Source of the DNA: Octopus sinensis
Taxonomy: Eukaryota
Assembly: GCF_006345805.1 (NCBI RefSeq)
Contig: NC_043004.1
Coordinates: 64,728,001 to 64,792,000 of the forward strand
Reading direction: 5' to 3'
DNA length: 64,000 bases
Each line of letters starts with the position of its first letter. The first letter of the stretch is position 1. The notes beneath the pieces are model-generated. The model was not told the origin of the DNA. It saw only the letters and a list, made by a program, of their open reading frames with translations, and made no database searches. This document shows, in pieces, positions 13,909 through 25,660 of this stretch. The translations under genes and the position numbers were made by a program.

Positions 13909-13972
13909 AGTCTTCGTAACCTGCCTGAAGATTCTGTGTATTCACAGTTGAAACTCAGAGTAGCAAAAGACT
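13909..13972 (+). ncRNA. Type I hammerhead ribozyme motif (Penelope-like pLTR relic)
   Basis: Core CTGAAGA (13925-31), stem II CTGTG-tatt-CACAG, GAAAC (13950-54), palindromic stem III ACTC-a-GAGT, GTA cleavage triplet (13960-62), stem I TGC/GCA plus AGTCTT/AAGACT. The stem II closing pairs are U-U mismatches. Confidence 0.6.
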
Positions 13973-14015
13973 GACACACCCAAAATAGAATGTGCATGTG
14001 TAGTACGTATATATA

Positions 14016-14048
<33 letters not shown>

Positions 14049-14072
14049 GATACATATACGTATGTACATACA

Positions 14073-14105
<33 letters not shown>

Positions 14106-14131
14106 ATATAATATATATGTATATATATATG

Positions 14132-14204
<73 letters not shown>

Positions 14205-14391
14205 TATAAAATACTTCTTCCCCAAAAAATTGCAACCGGCAAAAAAAAAAAAATGAAACTCTTCTGTACTCCGAAATCTATTCCTCCAGTCGCTCGCCCA
14301 CCACCACCACCACTACCTCCAGGCTGAACGGTGGGGGAGCGGGTGACTGGATCACTGAATTTTTGTTTTATTTTCCCTTTTTCTGTTCCAG

Positions 14392-14430
14392 GAGATGCTG
14401 AGATTTGAAGTGGCAGAAATAGCCCACCAG
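14392..14430 (+). CDS. Candidate 39-nt alternative exon of the CELF gene ([13 protein letters not shown] in phase 0)
   Basis: Long pyrimidine tract ttttgttttattttccctttttctgttccAG, donor CAG|GTACAT, length divisible by 3. Open in phase 0, with stops in both other phases. No transcript evidence. Confidence 0.4.
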
Positions 14431-14483
14431 GTACATCTTCTAGTACTAGGCACTACTACTACTACTACTATTACTACTACTAT

Positions 14484-14518
<35 letters not shown>

Positions 14519-14639
14519 TTACTACTACTACTACTACTACTAACACAAATCAACATGTGGGATCAGGGTAGGGTGGATGGGCCAGGGTGGTCTGGCAGTG
14601 AGTATTGAAGGGTGAAGAGGTTGATTAGGTTTAAAAAAA

Positions 14640-15250
14640 AAAAATTATTAATGGAGAGAATGGTGGTGGTGGTGGTGGTTGTGGTGATGGTGGTGGTTGT
14701 AGTGGTGGTGGTGGTGTTGGTGGTTTCTTCTTGTTGTTGTTTAAGATGGTGGTGGTGGCGGTGGTGATGGTGGCTGTTGTTGCTGTTTTTTTTTAAAATG
14801 AAGAAAAAAAAATCAATGATGGTGGTGGTTGTGGTGGTGGTGGTGGTGGTAGTAATTGGTGGGCTGGTTTGTTGTTCTTGTTGTTGTTGTTGTTGCTATG
14901 GTGGTGGTGGTGGCGGTGGTTATTGGTGGTGGCAGATGGAGGGGGCTGTACTGAAGAGGGGGCGGGGAGCAGTGGTTGTAGTGGTATTCATATAGTTTGT
15001 TGTTGTTGTTGTTTCTGTTGCAGTGGTGGTGGTGGCGGTGGTGGTGGTGGTGGTGACCGTACCAGTTGTGGCAGTGGTGCTTGTGGCAGTGGTGCTTGTG
15101 GCAGTGGGGGTAGTGGCGGTACTGGTGGTAGTGGTGTTGGTGGTGGGGGTGACATTAGAGGAGGGCATAGGTTTAGTTCTAGAATATCTGGTGGTTGTGG
15201 CTATAGGTTTGATAATGGGTTGTGGTGGAGCTGGTTGGTGGTGGAGATGA
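14640..15250. repeat. (GGT)n/(GTT)n low-complexity tract
   Basis: Imperfect trinucleotide runs; source of ORFs 14777, 14869, 14920 and 15023. Confidence 0.9.
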
Positions 15251-15477
15251 TGGTGGAACTCCCTCTCCTGTCTGTCTTTTCCCCGCCTTTCTTTCACCTC
15301 TCTGCTTTCTGTTTTTTTTTTCTTTTCATATAAATGATTGTTTTGGCAATGAAATTAATTAACCAGCTAGTTCATAAATAAGACATATATGTCATGGTTT
15401 AAATTGTCAAACTATATTTTAACCTAAAATCTCTTGAAATATACATTCATTGAATTCCATGATACACCTAATAGATG

Positions 15478-15727
15478 TTCTGGGACTCATCATCGGCAAT
15501 GTTCTTGAGGACATAGGAGGTTTCAGTTCTATCAACAGCAGACCCACTTCCTCATCCATTTGACTGATCCAAGTTTGATCAAAATCACAGCTTGCATCTC
15601 ATCAGCAACAAACCATGAGTCTGCTGTCTTTATCCAAAGCCTTCTAGAAACTTTCTGTGCAGCTTCAATGATGGAACATATACTCCTGCCTTTGTCACTG
15701 TGCCAGCAACTCCAAGCCTAGTCAGAG
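15478..15727 (-). mobile_element. HERO-like (restriction-like endonuclease) non-LTR retrotransposon 3' relic
   Basis: Minus strand reads LTRLGVAG... / ICSIIEAAQKVSRRLWIKTADSW, resembling the EAAEKASRWLWIKR..W C-terminus I recall from HERO elements. The 3' UTR reads gtctgctgttga..ctgaaac..cctatg..ccgatgatgagtcc. Confidence 0.6.
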
Positions 15728-18499
15728 TATCAGATCTAAAAATAAGGCAGGATGGTCAAACTTAATGTATTGCTATTCATTATCAGCTCTATTAGGATAG
15801 ATATGAATTTAAAAGATTTTTTATGTATATTAAGCACTGTAGAGTGAGTTGCTGTTGATCTACTATATTGTACAGCTGTTGTTATCAGTGTGTAGCCCTA
15901 CTCTTCAGGTCAGTCCTGATTAGGCAGAGATAGTATATTAAAGGCCTATAGACTAAAGTACAAGTCATTGTTCAATCAGCTCCTTTATGGCCGATTCTAT
16001 TCATTTTCTATTTAGAAATGTTCCAAACAGATCTTGGTTAAAGATAATAATAACTTAAGAAAATATTTCAAGATTAATTTAAGAAACTCAATGCAGTTTT
16101 AAGATTATTAAATTGTAAATAGACTAGGGTTTTTTGTCTTTTGGATAATATATTTATGGTCTTTTCCCTCCATATTTCCGAAGATTAAAAAAGAATTATA
16201 ATAATTAACAGAGAATAAATATATTAGTCATTCCATTTTAATTGGTGCAATTGGAACAGTAATACATCTATGCTTGTAAATTCATTAGCTGATTAATTAT
16301 ACATTGGTACATTCCAAAAATAGCAACACAAGGAAGGGTCTTTCTAATTATATATTGTTGAGACGTTCTTGTGCATGCGTTTGTTAACCTTCAACGTTTT
16401 TATGCATGCTTTCAAAAATGCACGTTATTCTTTTTTTTATGCAAGAAAGAAAAACCACTGATGCATTTCTTAAACCTACGAATAATAATAATAATTAAAA
16501 TAATAATAATAATAATGATAATGTTCGAGGTAGTGGTGATGAATGGCATCAGTAAAATTGTCCATAATATTTTAGGAATAATATGCAAGTTTGACTACTA
16601 AATACACATGCAAATGCTAGACGTACATAAGCTTACAAAGATCTATTGACATATTAGTCCATAGAAAAGATATAAAGATGCTATATATGAATAACTAAAC
16701 ATGCATGTAGATTGATATGTGTCTCTTTGTGTGCACTAATATTAATAACCAGAGTTCTCATGCAACATCAATAAAAATTTTAAAAAAAGATGTATATGCA
16801 ATCATACACCTGTGCTTAATAGACATATATACTTAGTCTGGCTGTGAAAGTAATCTCTGAGGTGTCTTAAAAAGGACGAAACCAGTCACTTCAATCCTCA
16901 GTAAGAGCTTCTGAAAGCTTTGAGGTTTAACCACAAAGCCCAATTTCTTAGTGGTTTTTTTTTCAATATATTTATGCATGTGTGTATGTGTGCCCACATA
17001 ATATATATATATATGTTACATATATATAGATGCAAATATATAAATACACACATGCACACACACACATATATAGAGTTGAGGTATAGTAACTCAAAAATTT
17101 CATTCCAATGTTCCTAAGTGCAAATATATATATATATATACTCAATTTTATATATTGAGTTCAACTTCTATTTGTAAAAGCCAAAGTTACATAGTTAAAA
17201 ACCTACATTTCTGTTCATGTATGCATACATTTATACACACACGTGTATGTGTGTGTGTACATTTGCAGTTGTAAATTGAGGTATAATATAGCTATGTATA
17301 TTACAAACTCATATATAATTTCTATTCCCACATATACATACTTCAATTGATATTATTGATTCAGACTGATCGATTTTTCTCCTCTCTCTCTCTCATCTTC
17401 TATACCTACTTTCATCCAGATTCCTTTTCATCTACACTCAATACAACAACCTCTAACAATATAGGGCCAAGTCGTTCCAACAAATCCGTGCACTATTCAC
17501 AATTCAAATAAATTAAACTATATAAAACACATACAATAAAGCAGGGATCTAAAATGGTAGCACGATGTCTTAAAGGAATCTCCTAATTAAATTTCAGTAT
17601 CTTCTAATCATTGTATTTTGGTTCTTTATTGCTATTGCGTTCCAGTCTTTCCTTTCTTTTTGTCATTTATTTTGAAATATATTGGCATCAGAGAAAATAT
17701 ATAAAATAATTAGAACCTCAAAGAAATATCCAATAAAATGATGCTGTACAGAAAGGAAAGTTCTCCTGTTAAATTGCGAAGCTACTTAACACTCTCATTG
17801 TGACTGCAAAATTCTATCAACCATTTATGTTGTACTTATATAGACAAGGCAACATAACTCTATTTATCTAAGCCTTTCTTGGCTTAGAAAACTTTCCAAG
17901 GGGGTAGAGGTTGTTCTGGCTCATTGTTCTTGCCCTTGCTAAAACATACCTTGAACTATGGCATTTCTTTATATTGTCCTGCTTGAATAGTTCCTGCCAA
18001 TTTAACTATGCTCTTATTCTTTCTTCTCTGCCTCACTACCCCTCTCTTTCTTTCTTTTCTTATATTATCATGCCAGGCTTCTTCTTTTTTTTTTAATTGC
18101 CCATAACATTTGAACTGAAAGTCCTCTGCTAAAGCATGACCTACATTACTTTATGTATAGGGAATTGCCTCCCACTGGTCATTATCAATCAATCAGACAT
18201 TTTACTAACCCTCTCTCTTTATAGAGAATGCAAGTAAATTTCTTGTCATATTCTCCCCCTGTTCAAATATACCAACAACTGAAGGAACTGAGAGAGAGGG
18301 AGAGGTGACTTTTGCTAATTATTTGAAGCAGGTGGATTGATTCTATATTAATAATGATGCCATAATTATTAATGAGACTGTATATTAAGTTGTCATCATG
18401 TCACATTAGCTGAGTGACCACCAACCTAAGGTGACTCATCAATTTAAACATGTTCACTTAATTAATATAAGTCATTACAAAGGATTATCAAATATTCTG

Positions 18500-18720
18500 T
18501 TAACCCTTTAGCATTTAAACTGGTCATGTCCAGCTCAAATATCCGACTTGTTTCAAGTTCATATCCGTCAAGTCTGACCTCTCGCACCTACCCTACATTC
18601 TAAAAATAAACAATCACATCTTTGAAATATGGAAACTTCGAGATAATGGATGATTCATTCAAGACAACACAAATGAATAAGCATTGCATTTGAGAGAGGA
18701 ATCTGAATGCTAAAGGTATA
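18500..18720. mobile_element. MITE with TTAACCCTTTAGCATT terminal inverted repeats
   Basis: ttaaccctttagcatt at 18500 and aatgctaaaggtata at 18706-18720; non-coding interior. Confidence 0.75.
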
Positions 18721-20002
18721 ATGTTGTCTACCATACAATCGACATCTTATTTATGGAAATGCATTGGCCAAGTGGTTAGAGTGCTGCACTTACAATTTCA
18801 AGGTCGTGATTTCAATTCCCATACAAGATGATGTATTGTGTTCTTGAGCAAAAACACTTCGTTTCATATTGCCACAGTCCACTCAGCTGCATCTGAACTC
18901 CAGCAATAGCTTGGAAGTTAACCTTGCAACAGACTAACATTCTATACCAGGTTGAATGTTGAAGCCTCAGCCATTTATATACCATGGAAACCAGGTTAAA
19001 CTCTAGTCTTATGAGTCCTTGGGCTTATGAAATAAAGCAGAGAGAAAAAGAACTTAATATGGCAACAAAATCTCCCTTAATATAATTCTTAACCATGTCT
19101 AGTAGTGAGAACTATTTATTTAGTTCATAAACTTTAAGACAGCCAAAATCACTATGAAGATAAAAATATAGCAACTATAGCTAGAAACACTAATGGTCAT
19201 ATATCAGCTTAAGTAGAACCAGCTATGACCTATTCATTAATAAATAACTTATACACTCACTCTATAATTAATATTTTAAATAATATATCTCATTTCTTTC
19301 TCTCTTTATAATTTTCTCTGATGTCTCTTTTTTTTCTGTTTGGTTTGTTTTGTAATTTTTTCTTCGTGAAATATCTCTCTTCTCCAAATCATTTCTTCCA
19401 CCAAAAAAAAAAGAAAGAAAACGCCTTGCCACCACAGCCCACCCCAGAAAAGTTTCCATCCTGAAGATTTTCTTTTATTCTTTATTTTCATCCTAACCCA
19501 CCCCCCACTAAAACTTTCACACCAGGCCTTCCTTTCCATATTTCCCCTCCATATCCTCCATCTACCAGCAGAAAAGAAATGAGTGGATAATACTAGTGTC
19601 AGATGCAACATAGAATTCTTACCTGAGTTAGTGGGATGGGTTAGGCTTAGAGCTGAGATTGAACTTAATGACACAGAACTGGTTAATTAATTTGTGGGCT
19701 TGTCTGATTATAATTATTGCTCAAATATTTGTCGCTGTCAATTGGCATTGTCTCACATTTGCTATGGCTGCAGTGATGTCTTGTACATTTGTGGTAATTT
19801 TTTTTTACTTGTGATGCAAATATTTTAAAATTTTTTTTTCCATTTATTTATTCTCTGTTGTCAGGTGGTGGAAAAAAAATAATAATATTGTTTTGTTTTC
19901 TTGTCTTTCACTCTTAATCCAACAATCAAACTAATTATTTCAAAATCCATTGCATATTATGTACATGTGCATTATGACATAACAAATATACATACATACT
20001 TA

Positions 20003-20046
<44 letters not shown>

Positions 20047-20574
20047 CCATATCTATATAAGTTTGAGTAAGTAAATATTTATGTACATATGTCTGTGTGT
20101 ATCTGTGTATGTGTGTGTGTTTTTTAACAACATAACTTTGCTGTTTTCTATTAGTTTCTATGTTTTGGGGTTTTTTCTTTGTTGCACTTCCACTTTATTA
20201 ACATTTATTGATTGCTCATATATATGTGTGTGTGTGTGTATTTATGAATATAAATATCTGATGATCAAGAATGTGAAATTCGAATAACTATATCTGAAGT
20301 GTCAGCGTGCATGTATATATCAAGAAATATGATAGAACCTGAATCAGTGCTTATTTCAACAAAGGCATTGCTAATAATAATGCTGTTTCTAATAGTAATT
20401 ATAATTAATATAACAAAAAGGTTTAGAAAAGAAATAATTTTTGAAAGAAAATATTCATGAACGTGGTATACAAAATATTGTGACAGAGCAATAAGTACTG
20501 AGATGGGGTATATGTTTGAAAAAATATTCTCACTAATAGCTACAGAAAATGGTAATTTCTTTCTTTTTTTTCTT

Positions 20575-20931
20575 TCTTTTTTACTTGTTTCAGTCATTTG
20601 ACTGCGGCCATGCTGGAGCACCACCTTTTAGTACTTATTCTATCGGTCTCTTTTGCCGAACCGCTAAGTGACGGGGACCTAAACACACCAGCATCGGTTG
20701 TCAAGCAATGCTAGGGGGACAAACACAGACACACAAACATACACACACATTTATATATATATATATATATATACGACGGGCTTCTTTCAGTTTCCGTCTA
20801 CCAAATCCACTCACAAGGCATTGGTCGGCCCGGGCTATAGCAGAAGACACTTGCCCAAGATGCCACGCAGTGGGACTGAACCCGCAACCGTGTGGTTGGT
20901 TAGCAAGCTACTTACCACACAGCCACTCCTG
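20575..20931 (-). mobile_element. SINE family A
   Basis: Reverse complement of the same modules. Confidence 0.9.
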
Positions 20932-21453
20932 TCTGACTATATATATATACTGAAAAGTGAGAATGAGTGCTCAATGCCACATTGGTGGATAAGTTACCAC
21001 TTGTGATCTGTGTATTTATTTCAAAATCCTGTTCAGTTTCGTGTAATCTTGTGAATTCTCATCCAAAATGGAAATAAGTACCAACACTTCCATGTGGCAT
21101 GCTTAAACAATTGTGAAGATCCCTTCGCATGAAACAATTGGTTACCTCATTAATCCACAAACAAAACACACACACACACATACACACACATTAACAAGAG
21201 ATCCATAAAGAATTGAGGCATAGAAAAATGTAGTACACAACTGATTGATATGTTAATTAATCAATAGATCATTGCTCGTCTGTTTTACCTGACTGCCTAA
21301 GGAGTTGGGAGTTATTTGTATTTGTGTGTTTTGAATATTCTTTTAACCAAAATAATACAAGTTATAAAAGTTAATAATACGGATTGATGGCCAGTCCTAG
21401 TATTTCAATATATATGGGCATGGTCATGTGTGTGTGTAAAATGAAGGAGTAGT

Positions 21454-21833
21454 CTTTTACTCTTTTACTTGTTTCAGTCATTTGACTGCGGCCATACTGG
21501 ACCACCACCTTTAGTCGAGCAAATTGACCCCAGGATTTATTCTTTGTAAGCCTTATTCTATCGGTCTCTTTTGCCAAACCGCTAAGTTACGGGGACGTGA
21601 ACACACCAGCATCGGTTGTCAAGCAATGTTGGGGGGACAAACACAGACACACAAACATACACACACATTTATATATATATAATATATACATATATACGAC
21701 GGGCTTCTTTCAGTTTCCATCTACCAAATCCACTCACAAGGTTTTGGTCGGCCCAAGGTGCCACACAGTGGGACTGAACCCGGAACATGTGGTTAGTAAG
21801 CAAGCTACTTACCACACAGCCACCCCTACGCCT
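21454..21833 (-). mobile_element. SINE family A
   Basis: Reverse-complement copy with a small internal deletion. Confidence 0.88.
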
Positions 21834-22774
21834 ATATATATATATATATTGTGAACATATCCACCTAAATTGATAGAATCTCTCAATGCAGCAAAACTCA
21901 GATGTAAATCACTGTACTTAAATGCATATTATGACACCTGAGGGGTTTTCTTTGCACTGTGTGGTGCACTGTTGCACATCCACTAGGGAGCAGTGCATCA
22001 TGGAGACAAAACAGTTATAATAATAAATTGCTTTTTTGGTACACTCCATCTTCTCTATTAATTTTAAATATAGATATCATGTGATCACGTGACCAACCAA
22101 GCTATCAGATGTTGCTACACATCGCTGGTCACAATGTGCTTCGCATTGTTTTAGCCTTCAAATGACGCCACCCCACTGGCTAAGCGAAGCAGGCCAACAG
22201 AAGAAAGAGTGAGAGAAAGTTGTGGCGAAAGAGTACAAATAGGGATCACCACCAACCCCTGCCGGAGCCTCGTGGAGCTTTAGGTGTTTTCGCTCAATAA
22301 ACACTCACAATGCCTGGTCTGGGAATCGAAACCATGATCCTACAACAACGTGTGTGCGGCTGTGTACACACACTCACACACACACACACACAAAGAAGTA
22401 TAGTAGAGTTCCTTTTTGAGTCATGGTGACTCATAAGAGCCAGTTTCCCAGTTTCCATGACACCTGGATGGGATGGCAGTTTCCCACAGGATTAACTCAT
22501 TTTTCCAACTGAGGGAACTGGAGGAACATGAAATGAAGTGTTTTGCTCAAGGACACAATGCATCGGACAGTCCAGGAATCAAAACCACAACCTTACAATC
22601 ATGAATCCAACACTCTAACCACTAAGCCATATCCCACCACCATACATGTGTGTATGTATGTATATATATGTATGCATATATATATATGTATGCATATTTA
22701 TGTATATATATATGTGTGTGCATACATATGTATATAACAGCATGTATGTATACATGCATGTGAATGCATGCGTG

Positions 22775-22806
<32 letters not shown>

Positions 22807-22810
<4 letters not shown>

Positions 22811-22980
22811 TGCAGGAGTAGCTGTGTGGTAAGTGGCTTGCTTACAAACCACATGGTTCTGGGACTCAGTCCCATTGCATGGCACCTTGGACAAGTGTCT
22901 TCTACTATAGCCTCAGGCTGATCAAAGCCCAAATCATGTGAGTGGATTTGGTAGACAGAAACCGAAAAAAGCCAATTTTA

Positions 22981-23028
<48 letters not shown>

Positions 23029-23234
23029 TTTGTGTCTGTTTTTGTCCCCCCACCACAACCATCGCTTGACAACAGATTTTGGTGTGTTTACGTCCCCATA
23101 ATTTAGTGGTTTGGCAAAAGATACCAATAGAATAAGTACTAGGTTTACAAAGAATAAGTCCTGAGGTCGATTTGCTCAACTAAAGGCAGTGCTCCACCAT
23201 AGCTGCAGTCAAATGACTGAAACAAATAAAAGAA
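22807..23234 (+). mobile_element. SINE family A
   Basis: Full copy. Confidence 0.88.
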
Positions 23235-23272
<38 letters not shown>

Positions 23273-23859
23273 TGCATTTATAGGTGCGTACATGATACAT
23301 TTGTATAGACCAGTATGCCAAAAATGCATCCTATTTTATCCAGAAAAGCCAACTTGGTTGACCCACAAATATAGATAAAACCAAGGCATGAGGCTCAACC
23401 ATGATCAACTAAAAAAAACAAACTTAATAGATGATGCTCCAGCATGACCAAAGTCCAGTGATTGAAGACAGGAGAATAGACTATGTTATGTAGGCAAACC
23501 AAATATTTAATATCTGTGTATAAGTGTGTGTAGGTGTGTGTATGTATTTATAAGACCATGTAGAAAGAGACTCGATAACAGGGTCAAATCAGAAGTCTTT
23601 TGAGAATATCACCTTTAACCTCCATTTGTTAATAAGCTAAAAACCTATTAGAAATGGTAAGCTGACAGAATGGCATCGAAATGACTGTTGACATCAAAGA
23701 CTTGAATATTTCAGAATAGACAATTCTGTCATCTTGTTTTTCTCGGTCTGTCTGTTAATTTATTGAACTTCTAATGAACGGTTTTTATTGATTGGTCGAG
23801 AGATGAAAAGGGAATCCTAACTACATTGGTGATACACGTTTCTTCTGTGTATGTATGTG

Positions 23860-24006
23860 TGTGGGTGTACATATATATATGCACACACACACACAGATAT
23901 ATATATATATATACACACACAGATATATATATATATATATATAACACATATATATATATAATATACACAGATATATATATATAATATATATACACAAACG
24001 CACACG

Positions 24007-24050
<44 letters not shown>

Positions 24051-24415
24051 TATTCTCCCAAAGAGTCTGAGGAACTTGCACAAAGTAGATGTAGCAGTTT
24101 TTAAATCAAAGCTGGACATCTTCCTGTCAGGAGTCCCAGATGAGCCTACCTCACGGCAGGAGGTGCAAATGAGAGTAGCTATATCAAACTCCATTCTTCA
24201 CCAAGTGCCACATATCAGACGAGGTTCTTCGTAATAACAGTGTAGCACAAAACGGCGGTGCATCAGCATGGCCGCAGCTCTGAGCTGAAACTAGAAAAAC
24301 TATATATATATATATATAATATATATATACACACACATATATATATATATACACATATATATATATACACACATATATATATATATAATATATATATATA
24401 TATACACACATATAT

Positions 24416-24456
<41 letters not shown>

Positions 24457-24532
24457 CATATATATATATATACATCTATATATATACACATATATATAAC
24501 ACATATATATATACATATATATATATACATAC

Positions 24533-24611
<79 letters not shown>

Positions 24612-25153
24612 CATACATATATATATATATAATACATATATATACATATATATATATACATATATATATACATATATATATACATATATATACATATATA
24701 TACATACATATATATATATACATAATATATATATACACACGCACACACATATATATATATATACACACACATATATATATATGTTCATATATTATATATA
24801 TATATATATTTACACACACACATGTGCATATATGTGTATTTATATAAAATGTATATATATATATATATTTATACACATACATACGAAAGCATATGTGTAT
24901 CTATCTGTGTGTGTATGCATATATATATATACACACACACATGTGCATATATGTGTATTTATATAAAATGTATATATATACATATGATAAACATATATGT
25001 ACTTATGTGTATATATGCGTAGATGTAGATATACATGTATACACACACACATATATACATAAAATACATGCACGCACACATAATTTTGATTTCAGTAAGT
25101 ATATATATACACTTTAGGTATATGTACATGTGTGTGCATACATACATACATAC

Positions 25154-25188
<35 letters not shown>

Positions 25189-25200
25189 TACACACACACT
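23860..25200. repeat. Long compound (TA)n/(CA)n microsatellite field
   Basis: Direct inspection. It includes the LINE fragment at 24048-24300 and a short internal duplication near 24811 and 24931. Confidence 0.95.
24048..24300 (+). mobile_element. Short 3' fragment of the same CR1/L2-group LINE, between two (TA)n tracts
   Basis: Shares ..LD.FLSGVPDEPTSRQEVQMR with 39249-39494 and the same cagcatggccgcagc..gagctgaaactaga tail. Confidence 0.85.
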
Positions 25201-25566
25201 CACTTTATATTGATTTCAGTGGCACTGTTGAATATTTATGATAATGGTTAAGTTACATTCACTCAGAATTGGTTAATTGTACGTAACTTTGTGAGCCTAC
25301 ATATGGTTTCATGTGTGTAAATTTGTATCTATACATATACATGTGTGTATGTAAATATTAAAATGTGTGTGCATGTATGTATGTGCGTATATATGTTTTG
25401 CTTAAGCATTATGGAACTAATAACCAGGTGTAGTATTCAGTATATATATGCTTCTGTGTGAAGCATTGAGTACAGAGCTTTGACAAGAAAAAAGAGATGA
25501 CAAAGGAATAAAGGATTATCTCATGAACTTCATTACCTTACCAAACAAATTACACTTCATGTTTGA

Positions 25567-25660
25567 GGCTCTGATGAGGCTATAAGGTGTTACTGAGGCA
25601 CTAAACAATGATCGCACCATATCTGATAGTGGAAACAGCTGCAAGATAATGAAGTTCATA
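25567..25660 (+). ncRNA. Degenerate hammerhead motif with long stem II insert (family shared with 42167)
   Basis: ggct-CTGATGA-G-GCTAT...ATAGT-G-GAAAC-AGCT-GCA. An inverted arm at 25523-25535 (ATGAACTTCATTA) pairs with TAATGAAGTTCAT (25648-25660). Confidence 0.4.

Noticed and set aside
14869-15333. Gly/Cys-rich 154-aa ORF and Thr-rich antisense ORF resembling keratin-associated or mucin proteins
   Set aside because: Trinucleotide low-complexity DNA, open in multiple frames on both strands.
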